Numbered from the whole stretch's first letter, positions 1-14,131 are shown. The stretch is DNA of 63,861 bases, filler included, from Choristocarpus tenellus KU-1152 (GCA_964200185.2; 10 parts of 10 records of this genome joined end to end with filler, not necessarily neighbours in it), one strand, 5' to 3'. Notes: generated by a model not told the origin, from the sequence alone. Made by a program: numbers and translations.

Positions 1-1
1 A

Positions 2-290
2 TATGGTAGCATGACTCAGGAAGAAAGGCACTTTTCCCGAGAAATTTTTTCACTCGCGCCAAACTCGCGTGAATATCTCTGGGATTTAATGCCAAATCGC
101 CCGATTACGAGAATTCCGGTACAAAAGCATATTTTTTTTAGCATGTCAAAAAAGCGGTACAATATTGCATATTTTTCGATTCGGTTCATAATATCCGGCC
201 CAAAATAGGGGCACCTAATGTATTGCTTTATTGATTGTAGACAAAAGGATACTGAAATGCTCTCCATATTTTCACAGATCTTTCTTTATT
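2..290 (+). repeat. Dispersed repeat, probably transposon subterminal sequence; second copy at ~21607-21870
   Basis: tatggtagcatgac.caggaagaa...tacgagaattccggtacaa...gcccaaaataggg is shared between two different contigs. Confidence 0.8.
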
Positions 291-335
291 ACGGTGGTTG
301 CAAAATATCTATTTTGACGAGAAATCTGCATTTAC

Positions 336-620
336 ATTAATCACAAATATTATGCGAGTGGTGGGATCCGATTTGTTGTCCTCTCTTCTTAGAATATATT
401 TTTGGTGATAAGAAGTATACAGAAACGCAGGAACCATGATATATCTTTCTTGTCTATCCAATGAAACACGCTTCTTTTTAGTATTAATGACAAATATTAT
501 ACGAGTGGTGGTATCCGATTTTTTGTCCTCTCGTAGAATATATCTTAGGTGATAAGAAGTATACAGAATCGCAGGAACCATAATATATCTTTCTTGTCTA
601 TCCAATGAAACACGCTTATT
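336..620. repeat. Tandem duplication, two units of ~143 bp
   Basis: caaatattat.cgagtggtgg...gataagaagtatacagaa.cgcaggaacca...tccaatgaaacacgctt occurs twice head-to-tail. Confidence 0.9.
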
Positions 621-3314
621 TTTGCTAGTAGATATTTGAGATCAGGTACGTACGAAAAATATTATAATATTCAAAATGATTCGGTTGGTTGAGATAGTAA
701 AGAAGATAAAAAATCGTCTCCACAATCCATGGTACAAATCACCACAAGAAGAGTTACAACATTCTTTGTGCTTGTTGACAGGAAGGAATTATCTCCAGTT
801 ATCTCTGGCAGTGTCAATATCTATCGTGTTGGTGCGACCGTTCTATGAACAAGATCTCTCGTCTTGTACATTTTGAGGAGGTATGGAACTGTAATGGTTA
901 CAAAATCCCAACTGTCACTGTAGCCAAGCATCGTTTCACCCCCCTATCTCTGATTCGAACGGACATGGGCTCCAGATTTCGTAAGAATAATGCCTCTTAC
1001 CCCTCCATAGGTCAGGCTGCTCTTCTCGTAACAAAATATCCCCCCCGTTCGAGGTCACATGACATGAAAAACATAGGAATGTACTTAAGTGGAATCTTGG
1101 GCGTGGAGAGCTTTGTGTCCTACGACCTAAGCATAAGTCTTACTCTCTTCCTTATCCATATAAAAATTTCAATGTTATATGTGTATCTATATATCCATAT
1201 CCTGTAGTAGGTTGGAGGCTGGAGCGATTCTCTTACCTTGTTAGATGTAGAGGTAGGTGTATAGGCGGTAAAATTGAAAATACACCAGTAGGTCAAGGGA
1301 CCCCAGAGACTTGCCGCAGTAAGCAATAATCAAACCAAGAACAGCGAAATGAAGAGAATTGGAAAGTGGAACATATCGAGGAAACAGAACCTGAATTTAG
1401 GGATAGGGATGTACTGATCGTTCTGATTTGAGATTTGACACTCACGAACGAAAGGGCATGGATAGGGTCTGACGAGATGTCCTGGCACGTTGGAACGCGA
1501 GTTTGTCCGAGGTCCAGTTGACTGGTCTCTGGGTGTTGATTTTCGATTTTGAAGTGTAGCAAGCGTTGGTTGCCTTTTCAGCGAAGGTTTCAACCTCCTT
1601 TTCACAATCAGCACCTCTGGGTGTCGGGAGTCGAGGAGTATATTGGTGGGGTGTCCGGCGTACACCTGGCGTGGATCAATGATCCCAGTTCTCGAACGTT
1701 TTGCGGAGAATCACTTAGTTCCATCCTTATCACCTCCACCTGGAGTACACGCTAGACCACTACGATAGTTTTTGGTTTCAGGCAGACGTTTTGTGACGAA
1801 CAGTGATGGACGTCCCTGTTAGTCTTCCCTTTGGGCGTGACCTGTTCTGTTATCCCTTAATGGGCAGAGTCCAGTGGTCATCCCACGTGCCAACCAAGTT
1901 GTATGGATGTTATTCGGTCTTGGGGATTACGGGATAGGGTGTGGCTTTCTTCATGGCCAAGGAGTTCGGGAAGTCTAGGCCAGGGTAAGTAGTATGCGCA
2001 GAGAATGACCCCTGGAGTTCCACTGTATGTGGTCGATGATGACTGTATCATTATCTTACCTATATTGTATTGCACAGATCGCAGGTATGTACAGCTTTTG
2101 ACGTCTTGACCCTACCACTCTCCACCAAACGCTTTGACAGTAGAGGTGTGGTACCTACCAACCATTTCCTCAACCGAGGAGAGACGTCATCATGGCGTTT
2201 CCAGGTCATGGGTGGGGAAGACGAATGGTAACCCTGATCCTGCGGTTTATCGCTGCATGTACGGTGTGGAGTTGCACGTACACTTGGTGCTGTGAGGGGG
2301 ACCTGGTCACCTCCCGTTCCGTGGGTACATGCAAGGGCTCTCTTCCTTGGGAGGGTAAAGGCAGCTCTGCCTACGACTGTCAACGAGGACAGGTACTGTT
2401 GATGCTTGCCTGTGGGGTACAGGTCAGCACCAAGTATGTCCCTACACTAGGATGGGAGTAGTAAAGTCTCATACTTCACCCCCTACTATCTTGTCCACAT
2501 CCCCTTTTCTGGCCCACACATCACAAGGGAGGAAGGGAGGGGAGACCAGAAAACACACCCTTGCCCACTCATGATACTGGTAGAGAGACGCCCACATACA
2601 CCTATTTTTTGCAGGTGCATTGGGATTGTACATAGGGCGCATTCCTGTATTTATACTGTGGGGTAGGATGACCGTTTCAAAAACTACACACTTGAGCGAA
2701 AGACAAGGCAAAAGATAAATACCATTATTCTTAGAGGCCGAATAAGAACCTAGTGTGGGATAATTGAGGAGTACCTCCTGGATTTGCTTTCCTTGGCAGC
2801 TTGGCCTGGATTGCTGACCTCGTCGGAATAACAGGGCAGCTGGTTCTTCTTCGCTGGTTGTGTTCAATATTTGATGCTCCATTCTTGCTCTGTCCAATGG
2901 TACTGTTTGTTTTTTATATGGTTGGGATTGACTCAGGGCTAGGCAACAGCAATGCAGTAATCCATCCCAAAAGGTTGACTCGCTCTTTCCCCTAGTTTTT
3001 TGTGCCTTGATATATTTATACATTTTTATCAACACCATGGCGTCCGTGCATACCCATGCAGAGAGGATCAGGACTCATGAGTAAAACATACTAATGCATA
3101 GATTAAAAACCTTGGGATTGCAACACATTGTTCACCCTCAACAACTTATTTACGTTACTAGTGTTAGTAATAACATCTGCTGGTTCTGTGGAGGATGTGT
3201 TGGATTTTGTCAAGAAAAATCGCTGTACTCCTTGGTATCTTTGTTGCAAATATTTTGTATATATTTATGGTGTCATTTTTTCACATCCCACTCTTCATAT
3301 CCTACTTACCCTCC

Positions 3315-3414
3315 NNNNNNNNNNNNNNNNNNNNNNNNNNNNNNNNNNNNNNNNNNNNTTAATTAATTAANNNNNNNNNNNNNNNNNNNNNNNNNNNNNN
3401 NNNNNNNNNNNNNN
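3315..3414. other. Artificial contig spacer (N-run, TTAATTAATTAA, N-run); same spacer at ~13986-14085, 21210-21309, 28725-28824, 34217-34316, 37470-37569, 40502-40601, 48378-48477, 60607-60706
   Basis: Identical ~100-nt N blocks centred on a 12-mer with stops in all six frames; genes are truncated at these points. Confidence 0.97.
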
Positions 3415-4705
3415 GGGCCCTTCCAAGTGCAAAAACAGTTGCAAAAAAAAACCTTTCGGTACTTTTTCAAGACCGTTTTCGCAGAACAACCATCCTCATA
3501 GCCCCGCTCCATCCTCAATTTTTAAAATCCACTGTTATATATTATGTGTGCATACTATGCAACTAAATCATCCAAAAATCGCGACATACATGAAAAAATT
3601 GACCCCAAATGGACAGCCGCCACCCCCCCCCCAAGATACTTTGAGTCAATTTCTACATACTTTAAACAGTAAAATACTCCAATATATATTATTATACCTC
3701 TCACAAATCTGGGAAAAAACCAAAACAATATCACAAGCACCCTGAAAAAGTAACATTTATTTGTCGAAAATGTGAAAGATATCTCTCCAAGATCTATTTA
3801 CCATTTATTTGAGTACCAGTTATACTACTACAACACTCTCTTAAAAGCTTGTGATTACAATGTTATGTATGTATACATTGTTGTTATGCCTCCAACCTAG
3901 CTTAGCCCTACACAACTGGGCGAGGAGTAGGAAAACATGCCAAGAATCTGACAGGCCCCTCCTTCCACAACAGGTAGGTCCCTGATGTCTCAAGCGTAAA
4001 GCGCCTAACACTAAATACTACAACTACAACTTATCATATCGAGTATGGCAGAATATGACGCTGACTGAAACGTTGAAAATATCTGAGGTATGTTTTAGAG
4101 GCATTGTTAGGAAGAGATCATGTCTTTCACTACGCAGCAAGTGTCTCTCTCATGACGCGATATGCATTTCAAGCTGGAGATACGAGACAGAGAGGTGGAC
4201 AAGAAGAGGCCTGTCAGATTCTTGGGACACGTCCCCAGCTCCTCGCCCACCTTTGTAGGGCTAAGCTATATTATAGAAGCACAGTAGAATATAGACTACT
4301 TTCAGTTACCAACCTTCAATTTTGTTTTTAGTTTTCAATTATTAGTAAATATTTTTTAGAGAGGAAACTTTTGCGGTGACGAAAATTGGACTGTTACTTT
4401 TACGTCAACAGTTCTTTCTAAGTAATCTTGCCTTTTCCCTGACACATCTACAAAATATCAAGAGGGCATAATAATATCTATTAGGAACAGTGGCGGTTTG
4501 GTGATACACTCGGTAAAAAAAAGTCACCTGAATCACCAACATATATATGAAGTCGTATTGATGACATAGGTGTTAGGGTGTCCACACTTCAAATTAAATC
4601 GTGTTCGCGTATCAGATTGTATCAACGACACCATACATGGAAGGCCTCTCCGTTTTAATCCCCTGTAGAGTAGTTGTGGTTGACGGATTGGTGGCATTGA
4701 AGTAT

Positions 4706-4854
4706 GGTTCAAAGTATCTGGGGGGGGGTGGTGGTGGCTGTCCATTTGGGGCCCATTTTTCCATGTCGCGATTTTTGGGTCGTTTGGTTGCATGTATCGA
4801 ATGATGGACACACTGGTGTAGACCTTATCCCCCCCCCCCCAGATAATTTGAGCC
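4706..4854 (+). mobile_element. MITE family A (~180 bp; TIR ggctcaaagtatctggggg...cccccagatactttgagcc); other copies ~3549-3647 (partial, reverse), 17037-17216, 29821-29997, ~32026-32348 (rearranged), 60707-60863, 63714-63861
   Basis: Terminal inverted repeats, conserved non-coding interior, short flanking duplications (tat/tat, gaat/gaat, gtt/gtt). Confidence 0.85.
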
Positions 4855-7800
4855 TATCAGCCTACAGGGCTTACTCTTCTCAAGGAACCCAGCACTCCAA
4901 TTTGTCTAGTGGGAGGATATCCTTTTATTGACCATAATACAACCACATTGTCATGATATTAAAAGTGTATTTTGTAGCAAGTTTACCACCATCGTCACCA
5001 TTATTGTTCTGAACGGTGTATAACACCGTTCACAACACGAAATTAGAGAGTAGGCGGAACAATACGGGGAGGATGCTACTTTCTAGGTAGTCTGAAACAT
5101 TACTATTTTAGCGAGTGTGACAGACCGTCACACTAGCTAAGATTTCAGAAGTAGGTTTCTATTGATGTTAACAACAATGAATGATGACGGTGTGTGTATG
5201 TGGTACACTTGCTAAAAAATGTTGCCTAAATTACCAAGGAATTAAGTCTTACCGATGAGATATAGGTATCAGTACGTTTTACAAAGTCAGCCATATTGTT
5301 ATCAGACTGTATCAACTACTGTATGAAAGACCTCTCTGTTTTGACCTGCCCCAGGGCTGTGGTTGACGGATTGCTGGCAATGTCATGTCCAACAGGGGGT
5401 ACTCTTCACAAGGAACCCGATCATGACCACCTCTCAACCTTATTCATACTTCGAGAGAAAATCATTTTTACCTTTCGTACACATTGTCACATTTGGAATT
5501 TATTTCACGTACGAATTTGCACATATCACTATTGTTCTGAATTGTGTTAACACCAATCAGAGCACGAAATTGGTGTGTAGCGTGGGGGAAACATGTTTTG
5601 GACACTATTTTCTGGGTACTCTAACACACCATCATTTAGCATGCGCAACAGATTGTCACGCCCACTTAAAAATCTCAAGAGAATGTCTTACAGGCGTTAT
5701 TTTGCAATGATGACAATGTTTACAAACGCAAAAAAAACTTGCTCAAGTAGTGGATGGACAAAGACGTGCTGTATAAATAGGTGTCAATATGTGGTAGGAG
5801 ATTGTGTGATGTAAAAGTCAATGTAATGAACACATAGGAAGTGCACACCCGACACAATAAAGTTGTGTCGCTCCATAGACAAGGTAGAACCTAAGAAGGG
5901 ATGATATGTAATCCACACCAAACTTGTACTGCAAGGACCACCTGATAGAGTAGAGAGCAGAGAACGAGCAACTAAGCTCTGGTATCGTACACGCACATGA
6001 CATGAGCAGTTCTAGCCACTTCTGAAGGAACCAATTTATGAAAGTAGGTACTTTGCACTGTAGGTTATTAGGTCGTAGATGTATTCATATGCACACTGAA
6101 GTACACCCTCAAAAACATGCGAAATACTTCAATTAGTAGTGTGCAAGAAATATTAAAGGGGTGTATATTTAAAATCCACAGTGTATGTACCCTTCATCTG
6201 CCATCTAGTATCTCTTGGTATGTACATGATCATGTAGTCAGAACCTCAAAACAAAGGTTTGTACTGAGTGCCTTAGAAATATCATATATTATCCTCTCCC
6301 TTGACCCCTCTAATCCAGCCCCGTTGACGCAAGCGCACAAAAATCCGTTATCACCTATTCTTAAACATTCTGCATGGACCACACCCATCGAACAACTGGG
6401 GAGGTCCAAACTTATAACCATGTGATCACTGCACAACTCCTGCATGATAGGTTCTCTGGAGTACTCTTCATTCATACAATAATAGCTACAACCTTGGACC
6501 TGTGTAGGTATAGAGAGTGCCACATACCAAAATTTTTGCGCATGTTATCTGTATACCATATGGTACGGGCAGAAACAGTACAACAATTGGGTCTCATTGG
6601 TCAGATCCATATCTGAACAGTAGTGTAGTGTGCACCAAGCAATGCAGGTTGTAGGAAATGTTCTGGAATCTGCGTTGATTCTGTGTTCTGGCTAGTGTTG
6701 AAGAGAAACAGTGCAGTGGTGTGAATCCTAGCGATTTTATCCCTGCGATTTGAATACGTCAACATCAATCAATCACGAAATCAACGGAATTTTTTTAATT
6801 GGTCTTTTTTTCGTATTCACCCTCTACTCGTAGACATCAGTGCTTCATGAGCTATGCCCTGTGGGCATGGCGCAAACCTCGACTACATCTGATCGGATAT
6901 ATCGAGCCCATTTACCTTGCATTATAAAAAAAAATCGATTTATAACACTAAAAACGTGTTGCTCGAGTAATGGAAGCTGCATGCTGCCGTAGATAGAGAG
7001 ATGAGGTGCCCAACTAAACCAAACTGCTATGGACTAGTCCAAATACATTACCTAATATTACTCATGAGTACCTCCTCATCATAGGAACTACATCAAAAGT
7101 CGCAACCAGGAAAACAATAAGTAAGGGAGGAGTGGTGTTTGCAGCACAGCTTGAAGTTCCATTCACTAATTATCGGTGTCCGAAAATAGGTCATCTACCA
7201 AAAGCATACCTACCTAAGCTACAAAGAAGATGGTAGCTACTCTATAATAGATCATTTTCTGGCTGTTTTAAGATGTAAGAAGATCCCTTCACTCTAAAAA
7301 TATCAGTGGAGCCAGGCACCTCAGGCACTCGCATCACAGAGAGGGTAGCACAATATGAACTGCACATGGTCATTATTTGAGCAAAATGTCAATGTTAGCC
7401 CATGCTTGTCGTGAGTGTGTAACACAAGAGGTGATTCACAGGGACAACACATGCACATGCTTTTACTGCATGGATCTATCTCTCGCTCATCTATTTAACA
7501 CCAGGGTGGTCATAGCGGTACAACCAAGTGGTTCTTGAGGAGTTATAATCCACCAAACCCAAACCTTCCCACTGGGATAAAACTCTCAAATCTTACAATG
7601 GTGTAACAAATAAAAAGATGGCGAAGTAAATACAAAGGAATGTAACTCATGAAAACACCAAGTCACCCATACACCGTACACACATGTAACTATTGGGCCT
7701 TCAGTCATTCTTTACTTGCTCATCTTTGCCTAAAACGATTTACGATCCTGAAGACAATCCGTTTCCATTGTCACTTCCCATATCAACTTGTACACACAGC

Positions 7801-7950
7801 CTCCACTGGCCTGGAATGAGAAAACAAGGATAATGAGAAGGTCCCCTCAGCCATGCATGCCTACTCCTAGCTGCCCTGCCCAGCCCCATCCAGCCAACTC
7901 CATTTACCCACACCGTCCCATTTCATGTATCTATTCATGCTCTGCGCTCG

Positions 7951-10900
7951 CTACACTGCCATAGACGCATAGTCTGCTGCAACTACCACAGTTAAGAGTG
8001 CAGCACCATAGACTGCAGCTCGCCTCCTGCTCTTGCGCTTCTCATGCCATGCCACACGGCGCTTGATGTACTCTCCCATGTACCTTTATTGGACATTTTC
8101 AAGGGGTGAAAATTGTCACAGGGGAATGAACAAAGGGCAGGCATCCGGTGCCGTCTGCACTTTTCTTGATTGCATGCAACAGCAAATCAATCGACAACAC
8201 TACCTGGGGAGGGGGGCACACTCTACTCTACTAGAGTCAGAGTCTGTCCGTGCCTTGGTGCTATCCCTGTAGGACCACTGAACAACACAATACCAGGCTA
8301 CATGCACGTCTTTCCTACATTGTTGCAGCCTCCTCGCTTCTGCATTCGGTCACAACCTATGTGGAGGAGGGGCATTTCTGTTCCTGAAATTATACGACCA
8401 CTTAAAGTCACTATCAAGATTTGTAAGACCCTCTTAAATTACACTTCGTCGTCCAAACAATATGATACACCCCTCCGTCTCTGGTTTCATGTTCTGCTCA
8501 CAAAAGCTAGTAATTTTCCGATGAAGTGGAAACACGAAACGGCACAGCTAGCCGTTACACTTCTCCAAAAACGTAACACAGATAAACTGAGCAAACAAGG
8601 TCAAAAATGCCACGACAACCGACATTGCTCTACCACAATGATTGCTTTGAAATAGGGATGGGATCATCGTACATTATGTGTCGCGTTCTCAAAACATCCA
8701 AGAAAACTTGTTGGGATTTTGAGGAACAAACTCAGCGCAATTTGATGCCAACTCAGTACATACTACATCAAAGAAAAAAAAAATGTTGACAATAATGTAT
8801 ACTGGGTACTCTGGAGTAGATAGATACAGTTACATGAAATGGTGTAGAAGTGTTTGGATGTGTGTGTGTGTGTGTGTGTGTGTGTTGCTTGTTCTTAAGT
8901 GCTTGTAACTCGTCTCACTTTGATGTAGTCTGCTGAAGTTCTGGGAAGTGATCCTTCACAGACAGAGCAAACTGTTCCCAACTGACCCGCCACTCTTCTG
9001 GCCCCACCTTGGAAAAAGAGGAAAAAGGAGTGATAGGGGGGGGGGACAAGCAGGAGGTAACTACTGTGGTCTTCAACTATGTGGAAACGAACCTTTCGAT
9101 AGGGACAGGGGAAAGGCACTATTGTGTGGGGAACACCCAGTGAGAAGAGACAAGGGTGGTATGGCCTGGAAAGTGGCTAACGGCTTGGACTTTGCTTGCA
9201 TCCACGATTTCACATCCCTTGAAGATCACACGAGGACCTAAAACACATCTTGAGGCTCTACCTAATATGGTATGCAATCACCACCAGCTTTTTCAGCTCC
9301 ACACAAACACCCACACAATACTTTTGCTGAATCAGCTTCGGCAAACTATCCTCCATGCTCTCACTATGCACTGAGCTCTATCACTTCAACCAACCTTAAA
9401 CGACAAACTCCAAGATGGCAAGTGGGAATCTTCCTAACACTCCTTTACACTTCCAACCAAGTGGTGGTGATCAGAGGTAGTCGCCCTCTTCCACTCCTAC
9501 AACCCTCTACCTCAAAAGACAAAGAAATCAGAAGTACACCTCAAAACACTCCTACTCACAACCCCATCCTCGAAGCATCCCACCCCCCACCCCCCCACCT
9601 GTTTTCGGCCCTCTGCCCACGAGAAGGCACATCGCTTTTTCACAGGTACCTCCATAACGTCCCACAGAGCCCACTTCATGGTGTGAGCCATGGTCCTTCC
9701 CCCCTTCTTACCCAGGGTTATCCTGGGGCCAGCCTCAAACAAGCGTTCTACTGCTGCTACCATGGGAAGGGTGACTGCGTCGACAGCATGAGCAGCGCCT
9801 TGCTCATCAAGCAGCCCATCTCCATGCTTGTCATACAAAGGAAACATTGCCCCTAGTCAAACAAGGGCAGAGTAATAGAGTCCGCAGAGGGGTGCAGGAG
9901 GTGCAAGGAAGAGTTCTTGTGATATTTTGGACAGGAAATAGCTCTGAAATTAATTTAAAAAAAGTCAATGTTTTTTTTGCTTCTGCACTTTCACAGATGC
10001 ACTTCCGGCAGTTCACAACACAACGCCTCATCACAATCTATAAATTGGAAAACCAACGAAGGCGAGAGGGAGATTGGCATTGCACAAAAATCGCTCACAC
10101 CACTTTTATCATACATCGCCTTGATACTAGTGACCCCACTCCCTCTCTCACGTAATCGATCATACGGGCCTGCCAAGTAGGCTGCTTGAATTGCCTTAGC
10201 CACCTCCTCCACTGAAAGCGTTGGCTTGAGGTAGCCTTTGTTGAGATCCTCTCTCAACATCACCAAACAACTATGTAGCATAGCTCGATGTGCCACAAGT
10301 TTGACCTTGAAGTACAATCAAGGTATATTATTATTATTATTATTGTTGGTATGAAGTTCGCAGGGGGGAAGAAGGCGTACATACATAGGTGCTGAGGAAA
10401 GGTTGATTGCTCAAAATAATTTCGGAACAGAAATGCAAAAACGCAAGAGGCAATGTTGAATCTAGAGATCGCTTAAAAACATCACAGAGCTGTAGCACCA
10501 AACCAATTTGAAAATAAATACAAATAGATAAGAACCTGAGCGCAGCATGCGTAACTGCTAGTGTACCTTCAACAAACAGGCCTATGTAGAAGCACGTCTA
10601 ATCGAGGTCTGGTAGGAAAGAACCCCTTCGCGGTGACAAAGATTCTTGTCAAACAGCAGTTTTCAGAACTCACACCTTTGAATTGCTTAGTTGGACCAGG
10701 GTTAGGACCCCCCAACATCACAGCAGTCAACTACGTCAAGCCCCCCTTGGTTCTTCCGACGTCATATTCTTTCATAGGTTCACCAACACCCAGAAGCTCT
10801 TCATAATTTAGAGACTTGACGCAGAGCGACTCCGGGATATCTCCAATCGTGGAGCAGGGTACTGTTTGCATTTGTTGCAATCACTGCACTGTTTATTCAA

Positions 10901-13609
10901 ACTTGCAAGTCTGGTCTACCAACTGTGCGAAAATAATAATTATTTATAGTAATAATAATAATTATTTATAGACATAAAACAGCGTTCACTATCCGTTCTT
11001 ACGGCCTCCGGTCAAAACTCTACAGAGCATTATTTTCTGTCATAGAACAACTCAAGGATTATTCTCATGAAATCAGGCACTTCTCTGTATCTCCCCATCG
11101 CAGAGCTAAAATGCCCACCTACACAAGAGATGCATGAGACTAACCATATCTCATGTCCAGTTAACATATACTCGGAATTGGAATCATGGTAAAGCGAGGA
11201 GGGGAGAGGCAATATGGACACCTGCTTCAACTTCAACTTTCAGCAGTCGACACAGCAAAAAGAGTCTCCACTTGGCCACATACAATTGTGGCGCCTCCCT
11301 GTACGAGATGTGATGCATTACCGGCTTCACTCTTCAATATTATTATACTAGGGAGCACATTGCAGGGGCAAAAAAAAAAATGAGAGTCCCAACAACAATT
11401 GAGAAAAGGCAGGCAATCATTGCATCAGAACTCCATGTAGTGTTGAGAGTAAGAACACCCCAATCGGCTTCAGCTCAACCAATCAGAACAATCGAACAAC
11501 GGAACTAAAAAGAGCTAGGCAATTCATTGGGTTTAAAAAGAAAATCACAATACAAGCAGAAGTGGGACTATGAACATTTCAAGAGGTTGCAGACAGAACC
11601 ACATCATATTCGTCACAAGGAGTGACATCACTACCCACAACTCACTACACATTTCACTGTCTGTTGATGACTTCAGATCTGCCTGCTGAGACTTGTGAAG
11701 GATTGGGAGTTTTGGCCTCGTGGTACCCATCGCCACTCAATGACCAGTGCACGCTCTGCTCACGCCACCTTGCACCCTGTCAATAAGTTTACTAAGAAAA
11801 AAATCTAGCTGATTCAGTTGTAGTCGTAAATTCTTTTGGTTCACAACACCACCATGAGTATGCCGAAGTACCTACAATTTCACCCCAACTTGACTCTCTT
11901 CAGCCATTCACCGTTGTTGGGGTTAGGAAAAAAAGTTGCCAAATGGGCGATACAGAGGAAGCTTGGTAGTACACCTCGTACCTGCCTTCAGGAGTTGCTA
12001 GACTGGCTCCGTTATTGCTGAACAACATGCATATACCACTGTTAGGCTGTTAGGGTGAGAACACCTAAGCAAGTCCAAAATGGTTAGTGTTCAAATATTA
12101 ACCAAATCAATGCCTCGAGGCAGTAGAACAGCTCCCCCCCCCAGACAAGCCTGTTGCAAAAAAAGGAAAAGCTAGAGATGTGTGAGGCAAGCAGCTATAA
12201 CAGGACACACACCTGATACAAGTCTCTTTCATCCCCCTCCTTCTCCTCCTCCCCTTCTACAGCACGGAACAGCAGTTCCTTCCCAGTTATCAGACTGTCA
12301 AGCTTCCATTGAGCAGATGACAGAAAGCCAAGTACATCCTCTTTCTCAAGGCCGGTGAGCCCTGAGTGCAAGTTTGCAGACTCGGCATCATTATCAACAC
12401 CCATGGCTTGCTCATGCTCGTCCACCGTTTGCTCTACCCCATGCCATTCGCCTTGATCACCAAGCCACACAATAAATTCATCCCCTTCTTGCAGCTCAAG
12501 TAAATCATCCAGCGTGACAATTATCTTCTTGTAGCGATTTAGAATTCCGACCTCATGCTTTCCTGTTGTTTGTTGGGATGGGAACTACTTGAATTGCGCA
12601 GAACAGACCTCACGTTTAGGTCTATTAGAGAACACGTCAATCTTTATACAATAGCCAATGTGCGAAATAGAACCAATCAATCAAGTCTTCGAAATTCTAC
12701 CAGTAGGCGCCTGTGGGCTTGCTTTGGAATTGTCGTGAGTATGGTTAACTGGAAGACTTGTTGCTGAGGAATGAGAAGGGGAGTAGACAGCAAGGAGGTC
12801 AAGACGGCGGTATCTTTCGAGGTCAGATATGATGGCAAGCAAGGTCCTGGATAGTGGGAAGACGATAAATATCTAATAGAAATAAAATCATTGAAGAAAT
12901 GACCATCTATAGAGGATGTCTTCAACACGCAAACATCAAACCTGGCCTCCCGTTGGGTGACTGAGCCACAAAAGACACCCATGAAGGTAGTGAGACTCAC
13001 TTATCTGATCCTGCTTCGCGCCCAATCGTTCTTCGACGCCGATGATAAATCGTGATATAAAGAAGTCACTGTTGTCATCTGTCCCACCACTCTCCGCTAC
13101 TTTGTCTCTAACAGCATTTGCGGCCGACCCTACGACAGGAGCTGATGCTGAGGCGCTCGTGGTAGTTGCTATTGGCCAATTAGAGAAGGAAATGAGATCG
13201 ATGCAACTATCAGTGAGCTATCAACAGGAAGGCATGCAAGCTGAGAGAGCTTGAGCAAAGGCTACAAGCTAAGAGATGGGGGTCGATGGGCGTCCACAAC
13301 AACAAGAAGCACCACCATTCAAAACTACTTAAGGTCGAGCAAGATAAAGTCGCACGGCGAAGACGTAAGCTCACACATAGATAGCCTGGACGGGTTCATC
13401 TTGAGTCGTAATAATGACCTTGGCTGGCCGCAGCGCCCAAGCCTGACCTCCATGTCTCCTGTTCCACCACGTCGACAATATTTCACATCTCCATCTCCCA
13501 ACGTACCTAGGGGTGGGGATAGAATAGCATGACCACAGCTCTTAATGCCTCGCGAAGGTGTTCCCGCAGCAGCAATGCCTCGACCGAGAGCACGTATTCG
13601 AGCCCTCAT
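7951..13609 (-). CDS. Unknown ~460-aa protein with Arg-rich N-terminus, EF-hand-like motif and C-terminal hydrophobic anchor; exons 13609-13375, 13168-13001, 12562-12213, 10305-10152, 9852-9599, 9007-8919, 8083-7951
   Basis: All six introns are GT-AG and phase-consistent (1383 nt total, ATG to TAG); RLRAMFPLYDKHGDGLLDEQ; ends RRRAAVYGAALLTVVVAADYASMAV*. Confidence 0.75.
8860..8885. repeat. (TG)n microsatellite
   Basis: Read directly from the sequence. Confidence 0.95.
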
Positions 13610-13866
13610 TCTCGTTTCGTGTTGTACGGATTGGGAAATAAAAGGGAGGGGAAAGGTGTGGACAACATATCCCTAACCTTAAATCCTTAAACTTGTCCTC
13701 TCTTCCTCATAGGACAAGAACCAGGAACAACCGTTTGTACGCTGGTAGGCTGAAAAGTCTGTGCTTAATCCCTCCCATTGGAGGAGGATAACAGTTTTGT
13801 ATCGCCCTCGGATTCACAGGATTTGTTGTTTCCAATTGCTGGGGGGCATCCCATCACAACGAAAGC
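13610..13866. promoter_or_regulatory. Probable bidirectional promoter between two divergent genes
   Basis: Only ~257 bp separate the divergent ATGs at 13609 (-) and 13867 (+). Confidence 0.55.
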
Positions 13867-13985
13867 ATGGCAGGGTTCGGCGAGCTCGACTCCTCCCTGA
13901 AGAATCTGGTGGACCAGGAGACCCTCCAATGGATTTTCGTTGGTGGCAAAGGGGGCGTGGGGAAGACTACAACATCTTGCTGCGT
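13867..13985 (+). CDS. GET3: GET3/ASNA1 (ArsA family) tail-anchored protein targeting ATPase, 5' end, truncated by the spacer
   Basis: [39 protein letters not shown]; deviant Walker A motif typical of Get3. Confidence 0.92.
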
Positions 13986-14085
13986 NNNNNNNNNNNNNNN
14001 NNNNNNNNNNNNNNNNNNNNNNNNNNNNNTTAATTAATTAANNNNNNNNNNNNNNNNNNNNNNNNNNNNNNNNNNNNNNNNNNNN

Positions 14086-14131
14086 ACGCATTTTACCTAC
14101 ATGTACGATGCATTCGATTCAGGTTTCAACA
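14086..14131 (+). mobile_element. Probable LTR 3' end ending ...TTTCAACA; second copy at ~37570-37641
   Basis: acgcatttt.cctacatgt.cgatgcattcgattcaggtttcaaca is shared by two contig starts, and homology stops right after CA. Confidence 0.5.

Noticed and set aside
3359-3370. Recurring palindrome TTAATTAATTAA inside N-runs
   Set aside because: Synthetic contig-joining linker, not biology
11640-11777. Exon-like stretch with an in-frame TGA (possible Sec or readthrough)
   Set aside because: The flanking exons 12213 and 10305 join in phase without it; most likely intronic
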